Source: a virus. From it: a DNA stretch of 64,000 bases. Both the position numbers and the translations under genes were made by a program. Position 1 is the first letter of the stretch. Each line of letters opens with the position of its first letter. The notes under the pieces are model-generated. The model saw only the letters and a program-made list of their open reading frames with translations. It searched no databases and was not told where the DNA came from. Location: positions 1-64,000 of IMG/VR virus record IMGVR_UViG_3300025704_000015. The stretch is one strand, 5' to 3'. This document shows positions 11,048 to 20,936 of the stretch, in pieces.

Positions 11048-12448
11048 ATGTCTAATAATATATTAAACGAAGAATATGATGTTTTCGACATTGTCGAAGC
11101 TGACTTAGATTCTCTTGACACGTTAGAGGAAGTTCCTAATTTGGAAATAAGTGAAGAAGCCTCTGACTCTGAGGAAACACTCGATGATTCTATTGAAGAA
11201 TCTGTCGAAGAAACCGAAGAAAACGCTGAAGATATTGCAATCTATAATGAAAGCAATGAAATTAGTGAGGATGTCAATGAGATTGAAGATTATTTAGTAC
11301 AACGCAGAAATGCACGAACTAAATCCGAAATGGAAATAAGTGAACAACATCCTAACAAACAAGAAACAATGGAAGAACAAGAAATTAGCGAAGAAGCGGT
11401 AGCCGTTGAGGAAACCGAAGAAATCGTTGAAGGTTCTGTTGAGCAAGCTGAAGAAGTAGTTGCTGAACAAACTGAAGAAGTTGAAACTACTGAAGAAGTA
11501 GAAGAGATCGAAGAAGCTAAGAAAGCTACTAAGAAAGAATCCGATGACGAAGAGGAAGAAGAATCTGATGAAGATTCCGACGACGAAGAAGAAATGGATT
11601 CCGACGAAGAAGACGAAGACGAAGAAGAAGAAGACGTAAAGTCCGAAAAGAAAGTTAAAAAGGAAGATGCTATTGCGGTTGAAACCGACGATATTAAACG
11701 TTTAATTGAGTCAGAAGAAAACCTTACCGAAGGCTTTAAAGCCAAGGCTGCTCTTATTTTTGAAACTGAAGTTCGTTCACAAATCGCTGAAGCTAAGGAG
11801 AAGATCCAAGCTGAATATGATGAGAAACTAACTGAAGAAGTTGAGACAATGAGCTCAGCTTTATCAGAGCAAGTTGATGAGTATTTAACCTACGCAGTAT
11901 CTGAGTGGGCTAAGGAAAATTCAGTTGCTATTGAAACTTCTCTACGTACTTCTATTGCTGAAGACTTCATGTCTTCACTTAAGACTCTCTTTGTTGAGAA
12001 CTATATTGAAGTTCCTGAAACTAAGGTTGATCTTTTCGAGCAATTGGAAAGTGAAGTTGCCCAAGTTAAAGAGGACTTTGATAAGACACGCGCAATTGCT
12101 GACGAATTGGCCGATAAGGTTGATGCATTAACTCGTGAAAAGGTTATTGTTGAGTCATGCGAAGGTCTTGTTCAAACTCAAGTAGAAAAACTAAAATCAT
12201 TGGCTGAGGGCGTTGATTTTGAAGGTGAAGATAAATTCCGTGAGAGTATTAATACTCTTAAGGGCTTCTACTTTGAAGGCGCTGAGTCAATTAATGAAGA
12301 AACGGAAGAACAAGAGTCTGATGAAGATTCTTATTCAACCACAGAAACTATTGTTGAAGAATCTGCCAGCTCTGATAAGCCAAAGGTTTCCAAAGCAATG
12401 CAAAATTATTTAAGTGCTATTAGCAAAGGGAAGAAATTCTCCGAGTAA
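11048..12448 (+). CDS. gp22: prohead core scaffold gp22 with long acidic N-terminus
   Basis: FKAKAALIFE, YLTYAVSEW, LKTLFVENYIEVPE; position before gp23. Confidence 0.88.
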   Translation: MSNNILNEEYDVFDIVEADLDSLDTLEEVPNLEISEEASDSEETLDDSIEESVEETEENAEDIAIYNESNEISEDVNEIEDYLVQRRNARTKSEMEISEQHPNKQETMEEQEISEEAVAVEETEEIVEGSVEQAEEVVAEQTEEVETTEEVEEIEEAKKATKKESDDEEEEESDEDSDDEEEMDSDEEDEDEEEEDVKSEKKVKKEDAIAVETDDIKRLIESEENLTEGFKAKAALIFETEVRSQIAEAKEKIQAEYDEKLTEEVETMSSALSEQVDEYLTYAVSEWAKENSVAIETSLRTSIAEDFMSSLKTLFVENYIEVPETKVDLFEQLESEVAQVKEDFDKTRAIADELADKVDALTREKVIVESCEGLVQTQVEKLKSLAEGVDFEGEDKFRESINTLKGFYFEGAESINEETEEQESDEDSYSTTETIVEESASSDKPKVSKAMQNYLSAISKGKKFSE

Positions 12449-12495
12449 AGCATTTCCTATACAAAAAACAAAACACAAAACTATAAATTAAAACT

Positions 12496-13737
12496 ATGTT
12501 TAATTCAGAAGAACTAGAAAAAAAGTGGGCTCCCATTCTTGAGAGCGCCGATGCACCTGCCTTCGCCGATAACCATCGCAAAGCAGTAACTGCAGTTATG
12601 TTAGAAAACCAAGAGAAGGCACTTGCCGAAGCTCGTGGCCAATCGCAATACCTCAATGAAGCAGGCGAACCTTCAAACGTTGTTTCTGGTACCGATAACT
12701 GGGATCCAGTACTCATCAGCCTTGTACGTCGTGCAATGCCAAGCCTTATCGCTTATGATGTTTGTGGTGTTCAGCCAATGTCCGGTCCTACTGGTCTCAT
12801 CTTCGCGATGAAGTCTCGTTATAATGGCGTTGATGCATCTCCTGTTGAAACAACTGATGACGAAGCTCTTTTCAATGCTCCTACTCAATTCGCTCCTTCT
12901 ACCTCTACCGCACTTGGTGAAGGCAACATTACTAAGGACATGGGTTTCACTATCGAGAAAGTTGTTGTTGAAGCTAAGACACGTGCTCTTAAAGCTGAGT
13001 ACTCAATGGAACTCGCTCAAGACCTCAAGGCCATTCACGGTCTTGATGCTGAAGCAGAACTTGCTAATATTCTTAGCACTGAGATCCTTGCTGAAATCAA
13101 CCGCGAAGTTATTGATTCAATTAATACCGCAGCGGTTCTAGGTTTCACCAACCAACTTACTGGTACAGGTGATGAAGGTAACTTTGATCTTGACGTTGAT
13201 GCAGACGGCCGTTGGGCTGTTGAGAAGTTCAAATCACTTCTCTTCCAACTTGAGCTTGAATCCAATGAGATTGCTAAAGGCACTCGTCGTGGAAAAGGTA
13301 ACTATGTTATCTGCTCTTCAAACGTTGCTTCTGCTCTTGCAGCTGCAGGCGTTCTCGACTATGCTCCAGCTATCGCGTCCAACTTAAACGTTGACACAAC
13401 TGGTAACACATTCGCCGGTCTTATCAATGGCCGCATTAAGGTATATGTTGATCCATATGCAGTTGATGATTACGCTACCGTTGGTTACAAAGGTGCTAAC
13501 TCGTATGATGCTGGTATTTACTACTGCCCATACGTTCCTCTTACAATGGTTCGCGCCGTTGACGAGAACAGCTTCCAGCCTAAGATCGGCTTTAAGACTC
13601 GTTATGGTCTTGCTGCTAACCCAATGGCTCATGATCCTATTGCTGGTCCAACTAGTAAGCCAGCAGGTACTGCTAACAACCCTTACTTCCGTAGGTTTAC
13701 CGTTTCCAATATCAATGGTACTAACCCTGCTGTTTAA
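12496..13737 (+). CDS. gp23: major capsid protein gp23
   Basis: KWAPIL, GVQPMSGPTGLIFAM, RALKAEYSMELAQDLKAIHGLDAE, FQPKIGFKTRYG. Confidence 0.98.
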   Translation: MFNSEELEKKWAPILESADAPAFADNHRKAVTAVMLENQEKALAEARGQSQYLNEAGEPSNVVSGTDNWDPVLISLVRRAMPSLIAYDVCGVQPMSGPTGLIFAMKSRYNGVDASPVETTDDEALFNAPTQFAPSTSTALGEGNITKDMGFTIEKVVVEAKTRALKAEYSMELAQDLKAIHGLDAEAELANILSTEILAEINREVIDSINTAAVLGFTNQLTGTGDEGNFDLDVDADGRWAVEKFKSLLFQLELESNEIAKGTRRGKGNYVICSSNVASALAAAGVLDYAPAIASNLNVDTTGNTFAGLINGRIKVYVDPYAVDDYATVGYKGANSYDAGIYYCPYVPLTMVRAVDENSFQPKIGFKTRYGLAANPMAHDPIAGPTSKPAGTANNPYFRRFTVSNINGTNPAV

Positions 13738-13785
13738 TTAGCAAAAGCTAAATTTCGTCCACTACCTTAGGACGACACAAACCCG

Positions 13786-13822
13786 ATGAGGGGCTGTCAG
13801 AAATGGCGGTCCCTCATTTTTT
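13786..13822 (+). terminator. rho-independent terminator after gp23
   Basis: ATGAGGGGCTGTCA-GAAA-TGGCGGTCCCTCAT followed by a T-run. Confidence 0.85.
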
Positions 13823-13837
13823 GTTATAAATAATAAT

Positions 13838-14329
13838 ATGATTGAGAATAATTTTTTACCGACAACCGATAACTTTACTGTTCATATTGGTACGCAAGCA
13901 AGTAAATCAGTTCTGAATAAAAACATTGTTTCGTTTTCATTACCAGCTATTACCAATAACGAGATTGCGACTCCTTATATGAATATGCCTGGATTTTCTG
14001 TTTCGGAAACAACAAGTAAAGAACCATTGGCCATCTCATTTATTTGTGATGAAACTATGGAAGCATATGAAGAAGTTTATAATTGGATGAATGATAATAA
14101 CAATCCAAACAAAGATTCCAATGATCAAAACTCTAGTTTAATTGATTTTAAAGATATTACAATTAATATTAAATCAAGCCATAATAATTTAAATAAGCAA
14201 TTACATTTTAAAGATGCATTTCCAACATCGCTTGGGGGTGTTGATTTTAATATACAAGCAGAAGGCGAACCAGTATATGCGGTATTCCAAGTATCGTTTA
14301 GATATGATACTTTTGAGTTTAGGAAATAA
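13838..14329 (+). CDS. gp3: tail completion / tube terminator gp3-like
   Basis: FICDETMEAYEEVYNWM and FKDAFPTSLGG; synteny after gp23. Confidence 0.8.
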   Translation: MIENNFLPTTDNFTVHIGTQASKSVLNKNIVSFSLPAITNNEIATPYMNMPGFSVSETTSKEPLAISFICDETMEAYEEVYNWMNDNNNPNKDSNDQNSSLIDFKDITINIKSSHNNLNKQLHFKDAFPTSLGGVDFNIQAEGEPVYAVFQVSFRYDTFEFRK

Positions 14330-14347
14330 GCATTATATATAAATTAT

Positions 14348-14797
14348 ATGATGGATCTAGAATCACTACTAAAACTGTGGGAAACCGATTCTAAAATTGA
14401 CGATGTTAATTTAGATGATACAAGTATTAACAGCGCGAAGCTGCATAGTAAATATCTTGAGTTACATTCTCACGCTAAACTAAGACTAAAGAAAAAAGAA
14501 TTAGAATTAGCCGTTTTGAATAAAGACCTTTGGTTATATTACAATGGTAAAATGACTAAAGAAGAAATGGATGCGTTAAGTTGGAATTACGATCCTTTTA
14601 ATGGAATGGCCAAACCGCTTAAAGGCGACATGAATAAATTTTATGATGCTGACCCAAATAAAGTTGAGATGGAAATGAGAGTTGAATACTTAAAAACCTA
14701 TTGCGATACTTGTAAAGATATAATTGATAATGTTCGTTTTAGACATTTAACTATTAAGAATATAATCGCGCATCGCCAGTTTGTATCTGGAAATTAA
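14348..14797 (+). CDS. uvsY: recombination mediator UvsY
   Basis: DSKID...LHSKYL and WLYYNGK; precedes uvsW. Confidence 0.85.
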   Translation: MMDLESLLKLWETDSKIDDVNLDDTSINSAKLHSKYLELHSHAKLRLKKKELELAVLNKDLWLYYNGKMTKEEMDALSWNYDPFNGMAKPLKGDMNKFYDADPNKVEMEMRVEYLKTYCDTCKDIIDNVRFRHLTIKNIIAHRQFVSGN

Positions 14798-14799
14798 AA

Positions 14800-16173
14800 A
14801 TGAGTAGTACGTATGACATATCACATGTAGATGAAACCTTAATTCATATTAAGTCGGATGATTCTGGTGCTATGATGGATCTTAGCGAGCATTATACTTT
14901 TTATGTTGACGGGTATAAATTTATGCCAAGTTACAGAAATAAGATGTGGGATGGAAAAATTCGTTTACTGAATATGCGCAATAATACTTTGCCATATGGT
15001 TTATTACCAAAGACACTTAGTTTTGCAAAGGATAGTGGATATGGAATTAACCTTTGCTCTACTCTTAAAAACAAAGAGGTTATAGATAAAGATTACCTTG
15101 ATAAATTTGCAAATTCTCAAGAGCTAAGAGCTGGAGGAAAAAAAATTGAGCTTCGTGATTATCAGTATGACGCATTTATTCATGGAATTACTGAGGGCAG
15201 ATCATTAATTGTTTCACCAACTGGTTCTGGTAAGAGTTTAATAATTTACATGTATATCAAATGGTATATAGAAAATCATGATGATAATGTTTTAATCATT
15301 GTTCCAACTACTTCATTGGTTGAACAAATGAGTAAAGACTTTGCCGATTATAGTTCACACGATGATTCCTTTGATGCTGATCTCGAAATACATAAAATAT
15401 ATTCTGGTAAAGAAAAAGAAAACTTTGATGCTCGTGTTATTATTTCAACATGGCAAAGCGCTATAAACCTTCGGCCTGAATGGTTCCAACAATATGGGAT
15501 GATCATTGGAGACGAAGCGCACCTCTTTAAAGCCAAGAGTCTTAATAAGATTATGGGGATGTTAGTTAATGCGCCTTATAGAATTGGTACTACTGGAACT
15601 CTTGATGGAAGTCTTTGTAATGAATTGGTTTTAATTGGAAACTTTGGTCCAACGTTTAACGTAATTTCAACTAAGAAATTAATTGATTCAAAGACACTCG
15701 CTGATCTTGAAATTAAATGTATTGTATGCAACCATGATGATGCTCTAAAGAAAGCAGTTGTTAAAATGGATTATCAAAGTGAAATTGCAACCATTGTTGA
15801 ACACCCAAACCGAAATAAATTTATATCAAAGTTAGCGCTTGATCAAAATGGTAATACACTTGTTCTTTTTAATCTCGTTAAGAAACATGGTAAACCTTTG
15901 TTTAAAATGATTCAAGACAGCGCAGATGATAAAGATAATATCTTTTATGTTAGTGGAGAAGTAAAAGCGGATGACAGAGAAAACATTCGAAGTATTGTTG
16001 ATACTAATCCCTTAACAACAACAATGAAATTTGGTTTAAAAAAGATCACTGTCGGGCAAAACGTAAAAGTTCCATTAACAGATGGATCTGAAAAATTAGC
16101 GTGTGAAATAACAATAGATGATGATGTATTAGAAAATTGGGTAATGGCTCGATGGCGTGAAGCGGGAATATAA
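14800..16173 (+). CDS. uvsW: UvsW helicase, N-terminal part (motifs I-IV) plus a ~57-aa unrelated tail
   Basis: WDGKIRL, PTGSGKS, GDEAH, GTTGTL; similarity ends at ENIRSIVD near 16002. Confidence 0.9.
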   Translation: MSSTYDISHVDETLIHIKSDDSGAMMDLSEHYTFYVDGYKFMPSYRNKMWDGKIRLLNMRNNTLPYGLLPKTLSFAKDSGYGINLCSTLKNKEVIDKDYLDKFANSQELRAGGKKIELRDYQYDAFIHGITEGRSLIVSPTGSGKSLIIYMYIKWYIENHDDNVLIIVPTTSLVEQMSKDFADYSSHDDSFDADLEIHKIYSGKEKENFDARVIISTWQSAINLRPEWFQQYGMIIGDEAHLFKAKSLNKIMGMLVNAPYRIGTTGTLDGSLCNELVLIGNFGPTFNVISTKKLIDSKTLADLEIKCIVCNHDDALKKAVVKMDYQSEIATIVEHPNRNKFISKLALDQNGNTLVLFNLVKKHGKPLFKMIQDSADDKDNIFYVSGEVKADDRENIRSIVDTNPLTTTMKFGLKKITVGQNVKVPLTDGSEKLACEITIDDDVLENWVMARWREAGI

Positions 16174-16336
16174 AAGTAAAAAGACTTGGATGTTCTGGTG
16201 TACCTGGGAGGGTTATAATAAGAAGGACATAGATTTTAATAATGAAGGAATGAATGATTTAGATAAGATAAGTTATTCAGAATATAGAAAAAGATTAATA
16301 TTAAAAAAAGAAAACAATTCATATGAAACCAGATAA
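16157..16336 (+). CDS. small ORF (59 aa, GTG start) inside the uvsW interruption
   Basis: Read directly: VKREYKSKKTWMFWCTWEGYNKKD...SYETR*; overlaps both uvsW halves. Confidence 0.45.
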   Translation: MKREYKSKKTWMFWCTWEGYNKKDIDFNNEGMNDLDKISYSEYRKRLILKKENNSYETR

Positions 16337-16658
16337 AGTAACAAATACCACCGGAGCAATTATTGTGGCAAGTACTGGTGTGTTTTCAACAGGAATTAAT
16401 ATTAAGAACTTACATAATATTATATTCGCTAGTCCAACAAAATCTCAAATTAAAGTTCTTCAAAGTATTGGTCGTGGATTGAGAAAATCAGATGATGGAA
16501 GAAAAACTACTGTATTTGATATTTCTGATAACCTTAGTTGGCGTAAAAAGAAAAACTATACGTTTAAACATGCTCAGGAAAGAATCCGTATATATAATAA
16601 AGAGGGATTCAAATACAAGATCTTCGAAATACCATTAAGTTTAGATGAAATACAATAA
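16323..16658 (+). CDS. uvsW: UvsW helicase, C-terminal part (motifs V-VI)
   Basis: AIIVASTGVFSTGINIKNLHNIIFASP and LQSIGRGLRK. Confidence 0.88.
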   Translation: MKPDKVTNTTGAIIVASTGVFSTGINIKNLHNIIFASPTKSQIKVLQSIGRGLRKSDDGRKTTVFDISDNLSWRKKKNYTFKHAQERIRIYNKEGFKYKIFEIPLSLDEIQ

Positions 16659-17031
16659 CGACATATCAAACAAACTTGATGTTAGAATCTTTACTACTAT
16701 TTCTGGAAGAGTCTTAATTGGAGAACTTATTAATGTATCGGATATTGGAGTTGAATTAGAAAATGTATTTTTAATGGACCCTTCTAATCCCGAAGGGATG
16801 GTTCCCATACATCAAGATTCAATAATGAATACATCAATAATAACTTTATATGATAAGATTATTGAAACTGAAACATCAGTTAATAGTGAATCAACTTTAA
16901 GTAATTACATTCAACATTGTTTAGGTAATACTTTAATGGATATTGAATCTAACTTTCCAAAAAAAATCAATAAAAAAAATAAGGATACTAATGATGATAC
17001 CTTATTTAATTGGAGGAATAGGTTTAATTGA
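16645..17031 (+). CDS. hypothetical protein (possibly Sm-like N-terminus) between uvsW and gp55
   Basis: Overlapping start with the upstream gene; ISGRVLIGEL beta-rich pattern. Confidence 0.55.
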   Translation: MKYNNDISNKLDVRIFTTISGRVLIGELINVSDIGVELENVFLMDPSNPEGMVPIHQDSIMNTSIITLYDKIIETETSVNSESTLSNYIQHCLGNTLMDIESNFPKKINKKNKDTNDDTLFNWRNRFN

Positions 17032-17168
17032 TTATTGTTTTTGTTATTCTATAGAATATTATACTATAAAATCAATAGTATGTAAATAATAAAATTCATA
17101 ATAATAAAAAAAGATTGATAGCATTTTGTTATATACATTAGACTAAATCTATGGTATAATATATACAT

Positions 17169-17855
17169 ATGAAGGATAAAGATAAACCTACATCAGATGA
17201 AGTAGTCAATAAGAAAGCCGTTAAGAAGAAGACGGCAAAAAAGAAAACTGCTAAGAAGAAGACTGCGAAGAAACGTGGCCCACATTATATTGATAACGCT
17301 TTATTCGGGCAAGCCGTATCTGAACATGTTAAAGGTGTTAAAGAAGATATTGAAAACGGTATAGATCCAAGAGGTATTACTGATTATATTGGTAAATGTT
17401 TTTTGAATATTGCAGAAGGTCTTTCTCATAGTGGTAATTTTATTAACTATACATATCGAGAGGATATGGTTATGGATGCAGTTGAGAATTGTATTAAGTA
17501 TGTTAATAATTATGATATTGATAAACCTACGCGAACAGGAAAGCCAAACGCGTTTAGTTACTTTACACAAATTAGTTGGTTTGCTTTTCTAAGAAGGATT
17601 GCCAAAGAAAAGAAACAAACTGAGATCAAACAAAAAATAATCAGTACATCTGCTGTTGATGTATTTGCTGACTTTAGTGGAGACTCTGCTCAAATTGGTG
17701 AAGGAGTAATTAATAGGATGAGAAATACAAACCCATTCTTTAAAGAAGAAAAGGGCCCAACTCCTGAAGAAGTTGAGTTACCGCCAAAGCGTAGAGGAAG
17801 ACGTCCTGCTAAGAAAGCTAAGAACGGTCCTTTAACTGATTTTTTCGATAAGTAA
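17169..17855 (+). CDS. gp55: late transcription sigma factor gp55
   Basis: HYIDN, YIGKCFLNIAEGLS, NFINYTYREDMVMDAVENC, NAFSYFTQI, AFLRRIAKEKKQ. Confidence 0.93.
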   Translation: MKDKDKPTSDEVVNKKAVKKKTAKKKTAKKKTAKKRGPHYIDNALFGQAVSEHVKGVKEDIENGIDPRGITDYIGKCFLNIAEGLSHSGNFINYTYREDMVMDAVENCIKYVNNYDIDKPTRTGKPNAFSYFTQISWFAFLRRIAKEKKQTEIKQKIISTSAVDVFADFSGDSAQIGEGVINRMRNTNPFFKEEKGPTPEEVELPPKRRGRRPAKKAKNGPLTDFFDK

Positions 17856-17856
17856 T

Positions 17857-18939
17857 ATGAAGTTAGTTGTAATAACAGACACTCATGCGGGTGTTAAAAA
17901 TGGTAGTGATATCTTCTTAGATTATTCTGAAAGATTTTATGATAAGGTTTTCTTTCCTTATTGTTTAGAAAATGGTATAACTAAGATACTTCATCTTGGT
18001 GATTATTTTGATCATCGAAGAGTGGTAAATTTTAAAGTTCTTAGTAGGAATAAGAAAATGTTTCTTGATAAGTTAAGAGAACATGGAATGACCATGGATC
18101 TTATTCCAGGAAACCACGACGTATTTTATAAAAATACAAATTCATTATCAAGTTGCGAAGAGATTCTTCAACATTATAAAGATGTTGTAAATCTACACAT
18201 GGAACCAACCGTCGTGAGTTATGGTAGTTTGGATATTGCATTAATCCCTTGGATAAATTCTGAGAATTACGATGAAGTAACTAACTTTGTTAAAAATGTA
18301 AAAGCTCCATTCTTAGGTGGGCATTTAGAACTTCAAGGATTTGATATGATGAAAGGAGTTCAAGCTAGTTCTGGAGCTATGAAGTCTGATATCTTTTCTC
18401 GATTTGAAATTGTAATGAGCGGCCACTTTCATACGAAAAGCAATAAAGGAAATATTCATTATCTTGGAACTCCCTTTGAATTAACCTGGGCAGATTGTAA
18501 TGATCCAAAGTTTTTCCATGTTATTGATACAGAGACACGTGAGCTAATGCCAATTCGTAACCCGCTTACAATTTATAATAAACTAGTATATGATGATAGT
18601 AAAGCGTCTGATGATATTATCACAGAGATTAAGTCGTGTAATTTTAGTTGTGTACCAGATTCATATGTAAAAGTAATTGTTATTAATAAGAAGAACCCGT
18701 TTCTTTTTGACAAATATATTGATGAGATAATTAATAAAGAGCCCTTTGATTTAAAGATTGTAGAAAACTTTGATGAATATCTTTCAGAAAATGTTGAAGA
18801 TGAAAAGATTGAAATAACTGATACTGTCAGCTTATTGAATACATATGTTGATTCTGTTGAAACTGAATTAGACTCTGACCGAATAAAATTAAAACTACAA
18901 GAACTTTTTGTTGAAGCTCAATCTTCAGACGCACTATAA
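17857..18939 (+). CDS. gp47: recombination endonuclease subunit gp47 (Mre11/SbcD-like)
   Basis: DTH, GDYFD, GNHD and SGHFH phosphoesterase motifs. Confidence 0.93.
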   Translation: MKLVVITDTHAGVKNGSDIFLDYSERFYDKVFFPYCLENGITKILHLGDYFDHRRVVNFKVLSRNKKMFLDKLREHGMTMDLIPGNHDVFYKNTNSLSSCEEILQHYKDVVNLHMEPTVVSYGSLDIALIPWINSENYDEVTNFVKNVKAPFLGGHLELQGFDMMKGVQASSGAMKSDIFSRFEIVMSGHFHTKSNKGNIHYLGTPFELTWADCNDPKFFHVIDTETRELMPIRNPLTIYNKLVYDDSKASDDIITEIKSCNFSCVPDSYVKVIVINKKNPFLFDKYIDEIINKEPFDLKIVENFDEYLSENVEDEKIEITDTVSLLNTYVDSVETELDSDRIKLKLQELFVEAQSSDAL

Positions 18940-18945
18940 AATATT

Positions 18946-20667
18946 ATGATAGAATTCCATACCTTAACATATTCAAATTTTCTCTCAGTTGGAGATACAC
19001 CAATCACTATTGATTTTGAAGCAACTAAATCAACATTAATTGTTGGCCATAATGGATCTGGTAAGAGTTTAATGCTAGATGCTCTTAGCTTTGCTTTGTT
19101 TGGTAAACCACACCGAGCTATTAATAAGCCTCAATTAATTAATAGTATCAATGGTAAAAAGTGTTTAGTAGAAATAACCTTTTCGGTTGGTAATAAGAAT
19201 TACAAAATCGTCCGAGGACTTAAACCAAACATTTTTGAGATATGGGTTAATGGTGAAATGATTAACCAAGAATCTCATTCCCGCGATTTTCAAAAGTTAC
19301 TTGAGACAAACATTCTTAAATTAAACCATAAGAGTTTTCACCAAGTTGTTGTATTAGGTAATGGCAATTTTGTTCCATTCATGCAGATGCGCCAATATGA
19401 AAGGCGCAATGTTATTGAAGATCTTTTGGATATTAGTATATTTTCTAAGATGAATACTATTCTTAAAGATAATAATGCTAAGCTGAAAGATCAAATTAAA
19501 GATAATGAATATCAGTGGAAGTTGATTAAAGAAAAGATTATTTTACAGCGTAAGCATATTGATAAGTTATCAGATATCAGTGAATCTAATCGAGTTAAAT
19601 ATGAATCAGAGATTGCAGATATTCAATCAGAACAAAACGTTTTAATTGAAAGTAACGAAAAAATCTTGGTTCGTTACAAAGCAGAGCATAGTGATACTGA
19701 AAAGAAGCTTAATACTTTAAATCGTAGTTTGAATAAAATGAAATCATTTGAATCTCAGATTAAAAGTAAAATGAATGCTATTGAAAAGGAAGCCGAGTTT
19801 TACAAGTCTAACTCAGCTTGCCCAACATGTAGCCAAACTATTGATACGGTTATACGCGATAACAAACTAGAATCTTGTGGATGTAAACAAGAAGAACTAA
19901 CTGATGGTTTTGAAAAATTACAGAACAACATTAAATCTACCGGCGAACAACTACAAACCACTAATCAGGAAATGCAAGAGTTGTTTAAACTTAATAATGA
20001 AATGACTAGTAATAATGTTTTGATTAAAAACTTTTCAAAGCGGATATCTGAATTAAGTGCTCAAAAGAATGAAACCGCAGATGATAACGATTTAAAGAAA
20101 TCGCAGAATGAATTACTTGATATGCAAACTACTAGGGATGACCTTAGCGATTTAAAATCAAAGCAAATTGAAGAAAAACATTATAATGATGTTATTGGTG
20201 AACTGCTAAAGGATACTGGTATTAAAACGAAGATCATTCGTCAATACCTTCCCCCGATGAATAAGTTAATTAATAATTATCTGCAGTTGCTTGACTTCTT
20301 TGTTAGTTTTGAATTGGATGAAAACTTTAATGAAACTATTAGAAGCCGCCATCGTGATGACTTTAGTTATGCATCATTCAGTGAAGGAGAGAAACAACGA
20401 ATTGACTTAAGTCTTTTATTTGCATGGCGACAAATTGCCAAAATGAAAAACTCAGCAAATACAAACCTTCTTATATTGGACGAAGTGTTTGATGCTAGTC
20501 TTGATTTTGACGGCATTGATAATTTGTTAAAGATAATGCATTCGCTTGATGATGAAACTCGTGTTTTTGTTATTAGCCATAAGCAAGACCTCCTTGAAGG
20601 AAAATTTGATCGTAAGATTGAGTTTCAAAGACGCCAAAACTTCACAAGCATAAAATCTATCACGTAA
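18946..20667 (+). CDS. gp46: recombination ATPase gp46 (Rad50/SbcC-like)
   Basis: GHNGSGKS, CPTC zinc hook, SFSEGEKQRID, LILDEVFD. Confidence 0.95.
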   Translation: MIEFHTLTYSNFLSVGDTPITIDFEATKSTLIVGHNGSGKSLMLDALSFALFGKPHRAINKPQLINSINGKKCLVEITFSVGNKNYKIVRGLKPNIFEIWVNGEMINQESHSRDFQKLLETNILKLNHKSFHQVVVLGNGNFVPFMQMRQYERRNVIEDLLDISIFSKMNTILKDNNAKLKDQIKDNEYQWKLIKEKIILQRKHIDKLSDISESNRVKYESEIADIQSEQNVLIESNEKILVRYKAEHSDTEKKLNTLNRSLNKMKSFESQIKSKMNAIEKEAEFYKSNSACPTCSQTIDTVIRDNKLESCGCKQEELTDGFEKLQNNIKSTGEQLQTTNQEMQELFKLNNEMTSNNVLIKNFSKRISELSAQKNETADDNDLKKSQNELLDMQTTRDDLSDLKSKQIEEKHYNDVIGELLKDTGIKTKIIRQYLPPMNKLINNYLQLLDFFVSFELDENFNETIRSRHRDDFSYASFSEGEKQRIDLSLLFAWRQIAKMKNSANTNLLILDEVFDASLDFDGIDNLLKIMHSLDDETRVFVISHKQDLLEGKFDRKIEFQRRQNFTSIKSIT

Positions 20668-20807
20668 CTCGTTAATGGTTAATAGGTTAAAATGCATAAA
20701 ACGTGATAATAACGTAAAAAGGGCATTAGAGAGCAATTCTTCTTATTTCCTATAATATATACGTCAAACAGTTTTAAAATGGCTCTTTAAACGGTCTTTT
20801 TTACGAC

Positions 20808-20892
20808 AAACCCTTATTCTACGGGGGTTCCAGAACAAAATGTGCATTTTGTGAATTATTTTATTTACATTCTATGCTTTTTAGAGTATAAT
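20808..20892 (+). promoter_or_regulatory. early promoter TTTACA-N17-TATAAT with a conserved upstream element (copy 1)
   Basis: -35 at 20864-20869, -10 at 20887-20892; upstream ~62 bp nearly identical to 59731-59792. Confidence 0.85.
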
Positions 20893-20936
20893 ATATCTAC
20901 AAGGACGGCACGAGAATAGCCAACCACCACTATATC

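Noticed and set aside
11290-11745. Minus-strand poly-Ser ORF and many other antisense or alternate-frame ORFs in the track
   Set aside because: They are shadows of real genes (for example, GAA-rich gp22 codons read as Ser on the opposite strand) and show no independent motifs or promoters.
16013-16338. Group I intron as the explanation of the uvsW interruption
   Set aside because: The boundaries could fit U|...G, but I could not find P7 or the conserved R/S core elements, and the insert looks protein-coding.
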